Shown: piece by piece, positions 25,976 to 34,202 of the stretch
Position numbering within the stretch: position 1 is the stretch's first letter
Layout: each line of letters opens with the position of its first letter
IMG/VR virus record: IMGVR_UViG_3300045988_150584
Length of the DNA stretch: 64,000 nucleotides
Strand: one strand, 5' to 3'
Source: a virus
Made by a program: the position numbers and the translations under genes
The notes under the pieces: generated by a model
The model's database searches: none
The model's input: the letters and a program-made list of their open reading frames with translations, nothing else
Told to the model about the DNA's origin: nothing

Positions 25976-26567
25976 TTGCCGCGCTGCTCAGACGAGCAAT
26001 AATTGCTTGCATTTGTTCATTTGCAACAGCAAGCTTCTCATTCATTTCGGTATTATACGGATCTGGCAAAGTCATTCCATATACAATTGATGTGACAGCT
26101 TCAACACTATCCAAAGATTGTACATAGGCTTTCAGTTCATTGTGATATGTTGTCTGTGTCGTAATAAGCGTTTGCGCAGCAATGTAAATCGTTGCGATTT
26201 CCGACGCTGTATAGATACGGCAAACGCCACCATCAGCCTGATACGGGAATTCAGTTCCACCAAGCTCTACAACGCGGAACAAGTTTGCGATATTTGCCTG
26301 ATCTTCCGTACTCAGATTAAAATGAACTGTTTCGCCATTGAGAGTAAGATCAACGCCGTTTACAATAGTTTCGTTGCAAGCAATCGAAATCTCCTTCAAC
26401 TTTGCCGCACGGACAATTGGTAAAGTATCTTCACCGCCAATGATTTCAACAGCATCGTCAAGTGTGATCCAGCCGTTCGCAACTGCTTTAAGCAAGCCGT
26501 TCGCACTAATGCAAGGCGTAATGCCAGCCTGCCCATTCTGGTATAGTTCTCTAAGCTTCTCTTTCAT
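25968..26567 (-). CDS. tail-fibre accessory protein (XkdX/DUF4376-like)
   Basis: The N-terminus LRELYQNGQAGIT...GWITLDDAVEI resembles XkdX-type peptides. The middle region HFNLSTEDQANIANL resembles DUF4376. Position downstream of the fibres. Confidence 0.4.
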   Translation of the reverse strand: MKEKLRELYQNGQAGITPCISANGLLKAVANGWITLDDAVEIIGGEDTLPIVRAAKLKEISIACNETIVNGVDLTLNGETVHFNLSTEDQANIANLFRVVELGGTEFPYQADGGVCRIYTASEIATIYIAAQTLITTQTTYHNELKAYVQSLDSVEAVTSIVYGMTLPDPYNTEMNEKLAVANEQMQAIIARLSSAANA

Positions 26568-26569
26568 TG

Positions 26570-26842
26570 TTATCCCTCCAAAATCGTTTGAATCATTTCA
26601 TTGATTGCGGACTGTTGATGGGATACAGCAGTCCCGCCGTCAATCTCTGATACAATAACGGTTTCTGCATTCTGGATTTCATCATGACCAATCAAACCAT
26701 AGGTTGTTCCATCAAACACAACGCCAGTTGCATTCTCTTTCTTGGCAATGGCAAAATCGCCGCTGCTACCAATCTTCACATATGTAACAGTCTCGACCAT
26801 ACCAAGTTCTTTTCCATCTGAAACTTTAACAATACGATACAT
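26570..26842 (-). CDS. hypothetical protein
   Basis: 90 aa, abutting its neighbours with no gaps. Confidence 0.55.
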   Translation of the reverse strand: MYRIVKVSDGKELGMVETVTYVKIGSSGDFAIAKKENATGVVFDGTTYGLIGHDEIQNAETVIVSEIDGGTAVSHQQSAINEMIQTILEG

Positions 26843-27244
26843 TTATTTGCCCTCCTTTACTCCAATCAGATTTGCAATATACCGTAGTACATCAATATCG
26901 GCATTATAAAAATCATGATTCCAAAGCCATGTATCGTCGCACTCTTGGCGACGGTATCTTTGACAAATGGAATCGTCTGCTACCTTTTCACAACGCTCAT
27001 CGTGCTTCGTATCTTTTTTCTCAAGCGCCGTCTGGATACTGCTTGTGAGTTTACCTCTGAGCATTCCATTACCATCGTCATTTCTGGCAAAAAACTGGTG
27101 TGCATTTCTGGAAAATACACTGCAAATTTGCTTGCCATTGTAATAAATAACATTACCGACAGACTCGCATTCGCTCATAGCTGGAATATTCACACTATCG
27201 CAAACAGAAGTGTGTCTAAATCTTCTATGTACAATGTACTGCAT
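26843..27244 (-). CDS. hypothetical Cys-containing protein overlapping the RT 3' end
   Basis: 133-aa ORF whose start lies 20 nt inside the RT coding region. No motif recognised. Confidence 0.5.
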   Translation of the reverse strand: MQYIVHRRFRHTSVCDSVNIPAMSECESVGNVIYYNGKQICSVFSRNAHQFFARNDDGNGMLRGKLTSSIQTALEKKDTKHDERCEKVADDSICQRYRRQECDDTWLWNHDFYNADIDVLRYIANLIGVKEGK

Positions 27245-28406
27245 CTTTTAATCTCTCCATTGCTCTGAAATTTTCTATGTTTTCTGCTGAAAAGCCATAG
27301 ATAGCATAAAAGAGCCGCCGCAACCTCAACACTCGTTGATGATTTTGATAGCTCTCTAAATACGCAAGCATCCCATTTACAGAAGTCCATAAATCCTCGT
27401 AGGACATTTCGCCATTTTGCACTTTCTCATAGAATGCTTTGATTTTGTGTCTGGTACGCTTGAAACTTCCTCGATTACCAGTCTCAATAACACGACCGCT
27501 TTCCGTCAAGGTATATTTCGCCTTACAATAACGAAACGGCTTGGAGAGCGGGACAATTCTGGATTTTTCTTTACTGATGGTCAGATCCAGTTCTGACGCT
27601 TTTTGAACAATGAGACGCATGATCTCCTTTGGATCTTGATTTGGAGGAACTATAATATAGTAGTCATCCATATAATGACCAGCGCATTTAATAGAGAGCT
27701 GGCATTTAATGTAGTTATCAAGCGGAGATGGGAAAGCAATCATTTCAGCCTGACTCGGCTCAACTCCAAGTGGCATACCTTTATCACCGGTGCTTGATGC
27801 AACAATATCATCACCAAGCTTGCACAAATCATAATCATGAATCAGCTTGTTATGACGGGCGTAGATAACACGGTGCGATGCACTTGGAAAGAATTGTTTG
27901 TAGTCTAAAAGAATTATGCTTCCATTTCTCCCATAGCGCTTAAAATGATAATGCAAATCCTCGCGCAAAAGTCTTTTAGAGAAATGAAAACCTTTGCCTG
28001 GGAGACTTGCTCCGTTATTCCAAATCATATCTGGCAGATATAAAGGCAAAAGGACTTTCTTTGTATAAACCTTGTGTATCTGTCTATCTTGAATGCGAGG
28101 TGCGTCAATTGGTCTTGTTTTACCGCGCTCAGAGATAACGAAATGGACATATGGGCATGGTTTCCACATTTTATCCAGTATTAGTTTTCTCCGTCGCGCC
28201 GTGCCGGAAAACAAGTGCATTTCAAATCTTTGTGCGCTGTTCTTCCAACGCACACCATTACAGCATTGCTTTCCTGCCTTGTATAAGTCGCCGTAGGAAA
28301 ATACATCTGACATCGTTCCTACAGCAAGACTTCGTTCTTGTTTCTTGCGCCATCTCTCGGCTTTCCGTCGTTGGAATCTTGCCTCATGACGCTCTTTGCT
28401 TGTCAT
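27225..28406 (-). CDS. DGR reverse transcriptase
   Basis: RT motifs ILLDYKQFFPS (A), MPLGVEPSQ (B, with SQ as in DGR RTs) and HYMDDYYII (C). No maturase or endonuclease domain. Adjacent to the TR. Confidence 0.9.
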   Translation of the reverse strand: MTSKERHEARFQRRKAERWRKKQERSLAVGTMSDVFSYGDLYKAGKQCCNGVRWKNSAQRFEMHLFSGTARRRKLILDKMWKPCPYVHFVISERGKTRPIDAPRIQDRQIHKVYTKKVLLPLYLPDMIWNNGASLPGKGFHFSKRLLREDLHYHFKRYGRNGSIILLDYKQFFPSASHRVIYARHNKLIHDYDLCKLGDDIVASSTGDKGMPLGVEPSQAEMIAFPSPLDNYIKCQLSIKCAGHYMDDYYIIVPPNQDPKEIMRLIVQKASELDLTISKEKSRIVPLSKPFRYCKAKYTLTESGRVIETGNRGSFKRTRHKIKAFYEKVQNGEMSYEDLWTSVNGMLAYLESYQNHQRVLRLRRLFYAIYGFSAENIENFRAMERLKDAVHCT

Positions 28407-28638
28407 AAATAGTTATTCGCCTTTCGTACAGTTGTAATATAGAGTGCGCCTAAACTGCTTTGCCTTGACACATGAAATAGGATTAAGCACAATATCCTCC
28501 CACCATGCAAGAAGCGTCCGTGCAAAAGCATCAAAAGAGCGGTTTTGGGTTTTATCCACGGGAAACATTTCTCCTTTCGCAAAGGTCTCCTTCATCCTCA
28601 AAAGGACTACCGTATTTGACCATACCTAAAAGGGTTGC

Positions 28639-28764
28639 GAAATCGGGGGCGAGGCCATTGGAATTCCTGGCGTTGTTGTTGTTCGCGTTGCCGTTCGTGT
28701 TCACATTGCAGAAGTTGTTGCTGTTGTTGTAGTACGGAGAACGCTCCCACCAATTCGCAGTGGA
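28639..28764 (-). repeat. DGR template repeat (TR)
   Basis: 126 bp matching 29402-29527 except at TR adenines. The coding sense reads STANWWERSPYYNNSNNFCNVNTNGNANNNNARNSNGLAPDF (AAC-rich). Confidence 0.9.
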
Positions 28765-28857
28765 CAGCGGGAATCCCCAAAGCCGACAGGTTTTACAGAA
28801 ATGCACCCAATTTTTATGATCTGGTAAGCAAAGCCCAATTTTCGTTGGTAGATATAA

Positions 28858-29313
28858 TTAGCGGTCTTTGTCGCTCTTTAATGTATTTGTCAAAAGACCG
28901 TTTTCGGAATCAATCAGCTCACCAAGCGATTGCGCCATATTTTCAAGAATTTCTTTTGCTCTTGCTGGCTTAACTGGATTTCCATTTGATGTTGTAAAGC
29001 ATCCCTCCGGATTCAGCATCATAATGTCATAGCAATGAGATAGCTCAACATCCAAAGCCATCAATGCAGCTCTTGATTCTAAAAGGTGCTGCTTGCGCAA
29101 CTCCTTTCTGGTATGATCCGATGGAAAGATACTGTTTGCCTTTTCTGCATTCACGAGAACTTCTGACGCAAGATGTGATACATCGTTAGCCATCAGTCTT
29201 GAAAATCTTGCAGAAAGTCGAGATAAGAAGTTAATCGTTTCCACATAAATCTTGTTTGCAGTATTCACAAACTCAGCTTTGCTTTCAGATCTATGTGCTT
29301 TTAATACCGACAT
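28858..29313 (-). CDS. avd: DGR accessory variability determinant (Avd-like)
   Basis: 151-aa helical-looking ORF between the target gene and the TR. AAGGAG 9 nt upstream. Size and position as for bAvd. Confidence 0.7.
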   Translation of the reverse strand: MSVLKAHRSESKAEFVNTANKIYVETINFLSRLSARFSRLMANDVSHLASEVLVNAEKANSIFPSDHTRKELRKQHLLESRAALMALDVELSHCYDIMMLNPEGCFTTSNGNPVKPARAKEILENMAQSLGELIDSENGLLTNTLKSDKDR

Positions 29314-29335
29314 AAATAGAACTCCTTTTTATATT

Positions 29336-29375
29336 TTGAAAAACAAAAAGAAACCCGCCCTCTTTCGAGGGCAGG
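29336..29375 (-). terminator. strand-specific hairpin/terminator just 3' of the VR
   Basis: - strand: CCUGCCCUC GAAA GAGGGCGGG (9 bp including one G-U, GAAA loop), then UUUCUUUUUGUUUUUC. Confidence 0.75.
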
Positions 29376-29392
29376 ATTCTCTTGATATGGGA

Positions 29393-31480
29393 TTAGACGC
29401 GGAAAGCGGGGGCGAGGCCATAGGAAAACCAGGCGTCGGTGAAGCCCGCGTCGCCGTTCGAGTACACACTGCAGAAGTAGAGGCCGCTGCTGTAGTACGG
29501 AGAACGCTCCCACCAATTCGCAGTGGAAGAAGTAGAGTTATGGCGATACTTGATCTTAGAATTACCAGCCTTATAGTAATCGTACTGTTTCTGATAATTC
29601 TTTTCTGCACTATTTGCATAAGAGCGAGAGCCAAAGATCTCAAACTCCGCCAACAAAGGCAGATAATCTACAGACTTTGTAACATACGAAGCAGTATCAG
29701 AACCGCCAGCAGTATTGTCCGTATAAATCGTCATCGGTTTCATAACCGCACGAAGCGCGGATGGCAATGCAGCCATTAGCGTATTTGCAACAGGGCTTGT
29801 AGCACAAGTAGATGTTGCATCATTACCCTTACGACCAGAAGAAACCGCGCTACCATATCCGCTTGGAGCAACATTTGTACTGCCAAGAACATCATAACGT
29901 AGGTCGCATCCAGCCCATCCACCATAGTTATAGTTACCCCAATGGTTCATGTTGAAATACTTTGAACCATTCGTCGAATAACTATTGTAGTTGCCATCGG
30001 TAAGACACAAATCACTTCCGCCAGAAGCCGCAGACTTGAATCCACCAAAGTCAATGGTGTTCGATGCGCCATTGTGAGCAAATCCAAGAATATATACATA
30101 GTAAGTAGCATTCACTGCCAATGTACCGACTGTACCATTGACTAAAACGCCCTTACGATCACCGACGTCGAAATAGTCATCACCTTTACCAGCAGCGGAA
30201 ATCTGAGCAATTTGTTCCCATGTGTATGTGTCAAGCGCATTACCCATTGGGGGCATAAACGACGCGATAACATCAACTGTCTTGTTAGAAGGGGCTGTAT
30301 AGTTCGTACCAGCACCGCAAGAAACAGTGATTGTAGTGTTACCTGTGGTCTGATTGACATGAGAAACCGTAGCGGTATTTCCGCTTAGACTAACGGTCGC
30401 AATAGATGTATTGTTAGATTTAACCGACAATGTTCCATCGTGATTACCGCCAATCGTGAATGTGGTAGTCAGATTATCTTTATCCACTGTAACGCTTGTC
30501 TTGCTTACAGTCAGCGTACCAGTTGCCTTACCGATCTTCCACGAAACAGTCTTTGCTGTAGTCGTACCGTCAGACCAGCAATAATCCGACTTTGGCGTAA
30601 ATGTGGCATTGTATGTGCCGGCATTTGTTCCGGATGTCGTTCCGCCAATCGTCATCTTGGATGTGTCATAGTTACTCCAAGACGGAGACTGAGAGTTTTT
30701 ATTATATGTCAGCGTACCACTCTGGCTTGGAACAGTCGAAATCGTCAAACGATTTGGAACTCCGGTTATTCTATTACTTGTGTTTACATTAACTGCACCA
30801 TCCGTAGAGATGGGGAAGAATGAAATGTAATAGGTTGTTCCGTTAGTTAGGCCGGTAACAGTAAGTGCAGAATTCGCATACTGATTGCGAGTGGTCACAT
30901 TTAAGCTATAAGCCGCAGCGCTATCATCTGGAGAAGTTGCATAGCTTCCAGCCTTAACGACAATCTTTGTGCTTGCCCATGTCGCAAGTGTCACGCCGTC
31001 CGAAACTACGGTCGCGGCTGGATCAGTCCACTTGATTGCAAGCTTTCCATTACCAGCAGCAACAGCGCTTGCGCCAGAAATATTACCAACATTTACAGCA
31101 GCAGGAGTAACATTGAATTCGTCATCCGTACTGTCCGTATATGTACCAGTGGTAGTGTATGGGAACAGCTTATAGTAATACTTCACGCCGTTAGTCAATC
31201 CACTATCACAGAAATAGGCAGATTTATATTGATCTCGCGTCTTGCTGTCGAGAACGATTGTGCCATCTCTACGACTTGTCGGAGCAGAACCAGCCTTACG
31301 AACAAGGAGTGTTCCTCCCCATGCGGCAAGAGTAGAGCCAGCAACGACCATATCATCAGGATCAGTCCATTTTACATAGACCTTCCCAGCCGCCGCGAGC
31401 GTTGTAATTCCCGTAACAGCGGCAAGGGCAAGTCCGCCGCCAGATCCGCCGCCAGTTGGGAAATTAGAAATAATAGGCAT
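29393..31480 (-). CDS. DGR target: tail-fibre-module receptor-binding candidate with C-terminal variable region
   Basis: GGAGGAA SD. Gly-rich N-terminus, two FN3-like repeats (KWTDP...GLTNG..YY..FP), Ig-like segments, and a C-terminus ...STANWWERSPYYSSGLYFCSVYSNGDAGFTDAWFSYGLAPAFRV that contains the VR. Confidence 0.85.
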   Translation of the reverse strand: MPIISNFPTGGGSGGGLALAAVTGITTLAAAGKVYVKWTDPDDMVVAGSTLAAWGGTLLVRKAGSAPTSRRDGTIVLDSKTRDQYKSAYFCDSGLTNGVKYYYKLFPYTTTGTYTDSTDDEFNVTPAAVNVGNISGASAVAAGNGKLAIKWTDPAATVVSDGVTLATWASTKIVVKAGSYATSPDDSAAAYSLNVTTRNQYANSALTVTGLTNGTTYYISFFPISTDGAVNVNTSNRITGVPNRLTISTVPSQSGTLTYNKNSQSPSWSNYDTSKMTIGGTTSGTNAGTYNATFTPKSDYCWSDGTTTAKTVSWKIGKATGTLTVSKTSVTVDKDNLTTTFTIGGNHDGTLSVKSNNTSIATVSLSGNTATVSHVNQTTGNTTITVSCGAGTNYTAPSNKTVDVIASFMPPMGNALDTYTWEQIAQISAAGKGDDYFDVGDRKGVLVNGTVGTLAVNATYYVYILGFAHNGASNTIDFGGFKSAASGGSDLCLTDGNYNSYSTNGSKYFNMNHWGNYNYGGWAGCDLRYDVLGSTNVAPSGYGSAVSSGRKGNDATSTCATSPVANTLMAALPSALRAVMKPMTIYTDNTAGGSDTASYVTKSVDYLPLLAEFEIFGSRSYANSAEKNYQKQYDYYKAGNSKIKYRHNSTSSTANWWERSPYYSSGLYFCSVYSNGDAGFTDAWFSYGLAPAFRV
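29402..29527 (-). repeat. DGR variable repeat (VR)
   Basis: The last 42 codons of the target gene. 21 differences from the TR, all at TR adenines (hand alignment). Confidence 0.9.
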
Positions 31481-31493
31481 ATTGATTCCTCCA

Positions 31494-31898
31494 TTAACCT
31501 AAGAGAATAATTACAACGGGAATGTCTTGTTCTGGCAGTTCACCATCAGCTACGATTTGTAGCTTTCCGTTTTCCTGACCGGTGATGGAGAGCAACGCTT
31601 CTCGCGCAATTTCCCGTTGCTCGGCAGTCGCACTATGCGCCACCGAAATAGTTCCGTTTTGCGCAGCACCAAGCCCCTCAATAGAGAGTTCTTGTGTGAA
31701 AGGAGCATCTACGCCTACCCATGCGGAAACCAGCAATGTTGCCGTAGCTGAAGTGCTTTTGTCTGCTTTCTCGCCAAGAGCGGTGTCAATTTTCACCATA
31801 TTGGATTGCCCAGAACCATTCATTTTCTGTCTCCATGTTTTGAACTTAGCAGACGCATCATCTTCCAAATAAAGCCCGTAGTTAGTTGTTTCGCTCAT
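31494..31898 (-). CDS. fibre-module protein (shares a C-terminal module with 31917-32459)
   Basis: The C-terminal ~80 aa (GLGAAQNGTISV...IVADGELPEQDIPVVIILLG) is paralogous to the end of the upstream gene. Confidence 0.55.
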   Translation of the reverse strand: MSETTNYGLYLEDDASAKFKTWRQKMNGSGQSNMVKIDTALGEKADKSTSATATLLVSAWVGVDAPFTQELSIEGLGAAQNGTISVAHSATAEQREIAREALLSITGQENGKLQIVADGELPEQDIPVVIILLG

Positions 31899-31916
31899 CC
31901 GTCAACACCGCCTTTC

Positions 31917-32459
31917 TTAACTCAGCAAAATAATGACGGTTGGAATATCGCAGGTGGGTACAGTGCCATCCGCAGCGATTGTGATAGTTCCATCGGCCTG
32001 AGCGCAGACATAAAGCTCTCCATTCTTTACTGCCTCCATCGCTTGTGCTGAAATGTCTTGTGTAATGCTGATAATTCCATTCTGATTTGCACCTAATCCA
32101 TTGATCGAAATACTCTGTTTGCCGTTCGCCCATCCATCTGCGGCCAGAGTTGCATAAACAGCGTCGCTTGCGCCGCTTCCAGATGTGAGGTCAACCCACG
32201 CATCATTCAAATAGCGCCAGAAGTGAGCCGTATCTTTTACAAAGTAAAATTTGTCCAATGGAGCAAGAATTGCTGTTCTTTCCGCGTCCGTCTCCAAATC
32301 AATAATGTCAGTAAGATGCTTACGAACATTATCTTTGGTGTCATAGTAGACATCGGAAGTATCAGTGCAGATCAGATACCGTCCAGGTGTAATCGGAATC
32401 AAGGCAGTATTTTCAGACTTGCTTTTTACCGTTTCAAAAACCCGAAAATTGTATCCCAC
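31917..32459 (-). CDS. fibre-module protein
   Basis: The second GTG lies 7 nt after AAGGAGG. N-terminus has the ICTDT motif. C-terminus GLGANQNGIISI...IAADGTVPTCDIPTVIILLS. Confidence 0.55.
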   Translation of the reverse strand: MGYNFRVFETVKSKSENTALIPITPGRYLICTDTSDVYYDTKDNVRKHLTDIIDLETDAERTAILAPLDKFYFVKDTAHFWRYLNDAWVDLTSGSGASDAVYATLAADGWANGKQSISINGLGANQNGIISITQDISAQAMEAVKNGELYVCAQADGTITIAADGTVPTCDIPTVIILLS

Positions 32460-32479
32460 TTGCACACCTCCTTAAATTG

Positions 32480-32512
32480 ATAAAGAAAGCGGACGGGCTT
32501 TTGCCCGTCCGC
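32480..32512 (-). terminator. rho-independent terminator
   Basis: gcggacgggc-tttt-gcccgtccgc. The - strand reading is followed by TTTCTTTATC. Confidence 0.7.
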
Positions 32513-32557
32513 CGTTTTCGGATATATCATTGATTGAATCGAATGAAAAATCCTCGA

Positions 32558-33814
32558 TTAAAAAGTACCGACAGTGACAGCTTCCTCAACAGCCTTGACA
32601 CGAGTATCCATGTCGCTGTTCAAGCCGTTTGCATAGCCCTTAGCATCAGCAAGAGCCTTCTTAACAGAACCCTCGGTCTTCTCGTCGCCCTGCAAAGTAG
32701 TAAGCTTACCCTCAGCAGCAGTCATACGACCGTCCATAGCGGTGTTCAGTTCATCCGCATAGTCCTTTGCGTTCTGCTCTGCGGCATCCCACTTTGCTTT
32801 GTCGCCAACTGCAATCTTGTCAAGCTCTGCCTTGTTAGCATGAGTGTGAATCTTATTGATCTCGGTCTGCAGCTCAGCAGTCAGCTTAGCCTTGGTAATA
32901 GTACCATCAGTGATAGTAGCAGTTACCTTATGAGTGGACTCATCAATGTCGATAACGACCATATCGCCAGCTGCAGAACCAGAGGTGACATACTCAATCA
33001 GAGAATCAACAGGGATGTAGATCTCGCTGTTCTCAGCATTGGCAAGCACCAGCTTCAGATAAGTACCATTAGCCTGACCTTCCGGATTGGTGACAACAGT
33101 ACCGCTCTGAACAACCATATCCTTAGGAATATTGATTGCAGCGCCGACATTTGCACCATTCTTAGTCAGATGATAGGTTGCAGCAAAACCTTCAGCAGCA
33201 GACTCATCCTTAACGACAGTATAGGTGTCTGCATTTGGGATAATGACCTTCAGACCTTCTTGACCTTCGGTCTCGTCAAGCTCCAAAGCATTGCCAGCAG
33301 CGGGAGAAAGCTTCACCTTAACAGTAGGCTTAGTGGCAGTACCGCCGATGTCAACACTGTTGTCGCCAGCACCAACAGAATCAACCTTACCGTTGATCTT
33401 GTTTTTTAGAGTCTCTTCAAGCTCGTTCTCAGACACATTGTCCTTGTGCGCCAGCTCACCAAGTTCGCTACCAGTAATACCAGCAACATAATCCTTGACT
33501 GCCTTTGCAGTAGGCACTTCGCTGTCACTTGCAGAAGCACCGATAGTTGTAGCAACGGTCTTTGTTACAATAGCGGTGAAAACAGACTTCCATGTAGTAC
33601 CATTCCACACATCACCAGCGCCAGAAACAGTGTCAATGTACAACACACCCTGGGCAGGAGCGGTAGGCTTAGTACCATCGTAGAAGCGCACAGCCTCAGT
33701 GTAAAGATTTGCGCCGAAGAACAGCTCACGGGTATCCGTGCAGAGATAGAAGCTGTTTGCATTACGCTCCGCAGGCAAGTTAGCTTTCAAGCCCTTATAA
33801 ATTAGATTTGCCAT
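32558..33814 (-). CDS. tail fibre protein B
   Basis: 418 aa. The N-terminal ~78 aa (MANLIYKGLKANLPAERNANSFYLCTDTRELFFG...) is paralogous to 34203-35300. Repetitive T/G/A/V-rich shaft. Confidence 0.65.
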   Translation of the reverse strand: MANLIYKGLKANLPAERNANSFYLCTDTRELFFGANLYTEAVRFYDGTKPTAPAQGVLYIDTVSGAGDVWNGTTWKSVFTAIVTKTVATTIGASASDSEVPTAKAVKDYVAGITGSELGELAHKDNVSENELEETLKNKINGKVDSVGAGDNSVDIGGTATKPTVKVKLSPAAGNALELDETEGQEGLKVIIPNADTYTVVKDESAAEGFAATYHLTKNGANVGAAINIPKDMVVQSGTVVTNPEGQANGTYLKLVLANAENSEIYIPVDSLIEYVTSGSAAGDMVVIDIDESTHKVTATITDGTITKAKLTAELQTEINKIHTHANKAELDKIAVGDKAKWDAAEQNAKDYADELNTAMDGRMTAAEGKLTTLQGDEKTEGSVKKALADAKGYANGLNSDMDTRVKAVEEAVTVGTF

Positions 33815-33859
33815 AGTTTCTTCATCCTTTCTTGCCGTTGATACGGCTTATAAAATAGT

Positions 33860-33895
33860 GATAAATATAGATTAAGCGAGGGCTATTGCCCTCGC
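33860..33895 (-). terminator. probable terminator
   Basis: gcgagggc-tatt-gccctcgc. The - strand reading is followed by a T-rich TTAATCTATATTTATC. Confidence 0.5.
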
Positions 33896-33912
33896 CAAAT
33901 CAAGCAAATAGG

Positions 33913-34185
33913 TTAAAACTCTCCGACAAGATCCTCGGCAGAAATACCATCGACTTTCGTAAGAGTCTTATCCGGTTGGATACGATATCCAGCAGACACA
34001 CCGTTCTCAACGACAAATAGTTGCATACCATAATGATATACACCATCAGAGCTGCCGACAGGAACAGCAGTTGCAGCAGCGGCCTGCGCCGTTTCAAGGC
34101 TTTCAAAATATGTACGTCCGTCCAAAGGGAAAGCAGTCTGAGGAACGAATGCAACCGCGAAATTTAGCTTACCAAAATCAGCCAT
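33913..34185 (-). CDS. hypothetical fibre-associated protein
   Basis: GGAAGGAG SD. 90 aa, following fibre A. Confidence 0.55.
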   Translation of the reverse strand: MADFGKLNFAVAFVPQTAFPLDGRTYFESLETAQAAAATAVPVGSSDGVYHYGMQLFVVENGVSAGYRIQPDKTLTKVDGISAEDLVGEF

Positions 34186-34202
34186 TACAATTCACTCCTT
34201 CC

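Larger units (their letters stand above)
27225..31480 (-). mobile_element. diversity-generating retroelement cassette (target-avd-TR-RT)
   Basis: The four component features are listed separately. The TR/VR pair shows adenine-only mismatches. Confidence 0.9.

Noticed and set aside
27225-28406. The RT as a retron or group II intron RT
   Set aside because: The adjacent TR/VR pair with adenine-only mismatches and an Avd-like gene point to a DGR. There is no maturase/En domain, no intron-like boundaries and no msr/msd-type inverted repeats.
28660-28735. gttgtt/gttgct tandem-like repeats, checked as a possible microsatellite or CRISPR-like repeat
   Set aside because: They are the reverse complement of the AAC codon runs of the TR. 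There is no repeat-spacer periodicity anywhere in the window.
28552-28806. 84-aa ORF (- strand) reading STANWWERSPYYNNSNNFCNVNTNGNANNNN
   Set aside because: This is the DGR template repeat read in the same frame as the VR. It has no SD and a run of AAC codons, so it is not an independent gene.
29252-29779. 175-aa + strand ORF and 104-aa - strand ORF overlapping avd and the VR
   Set aside because: They are out-of-frame or antisense to the avd and target genes and have no ribosome-binding sites.
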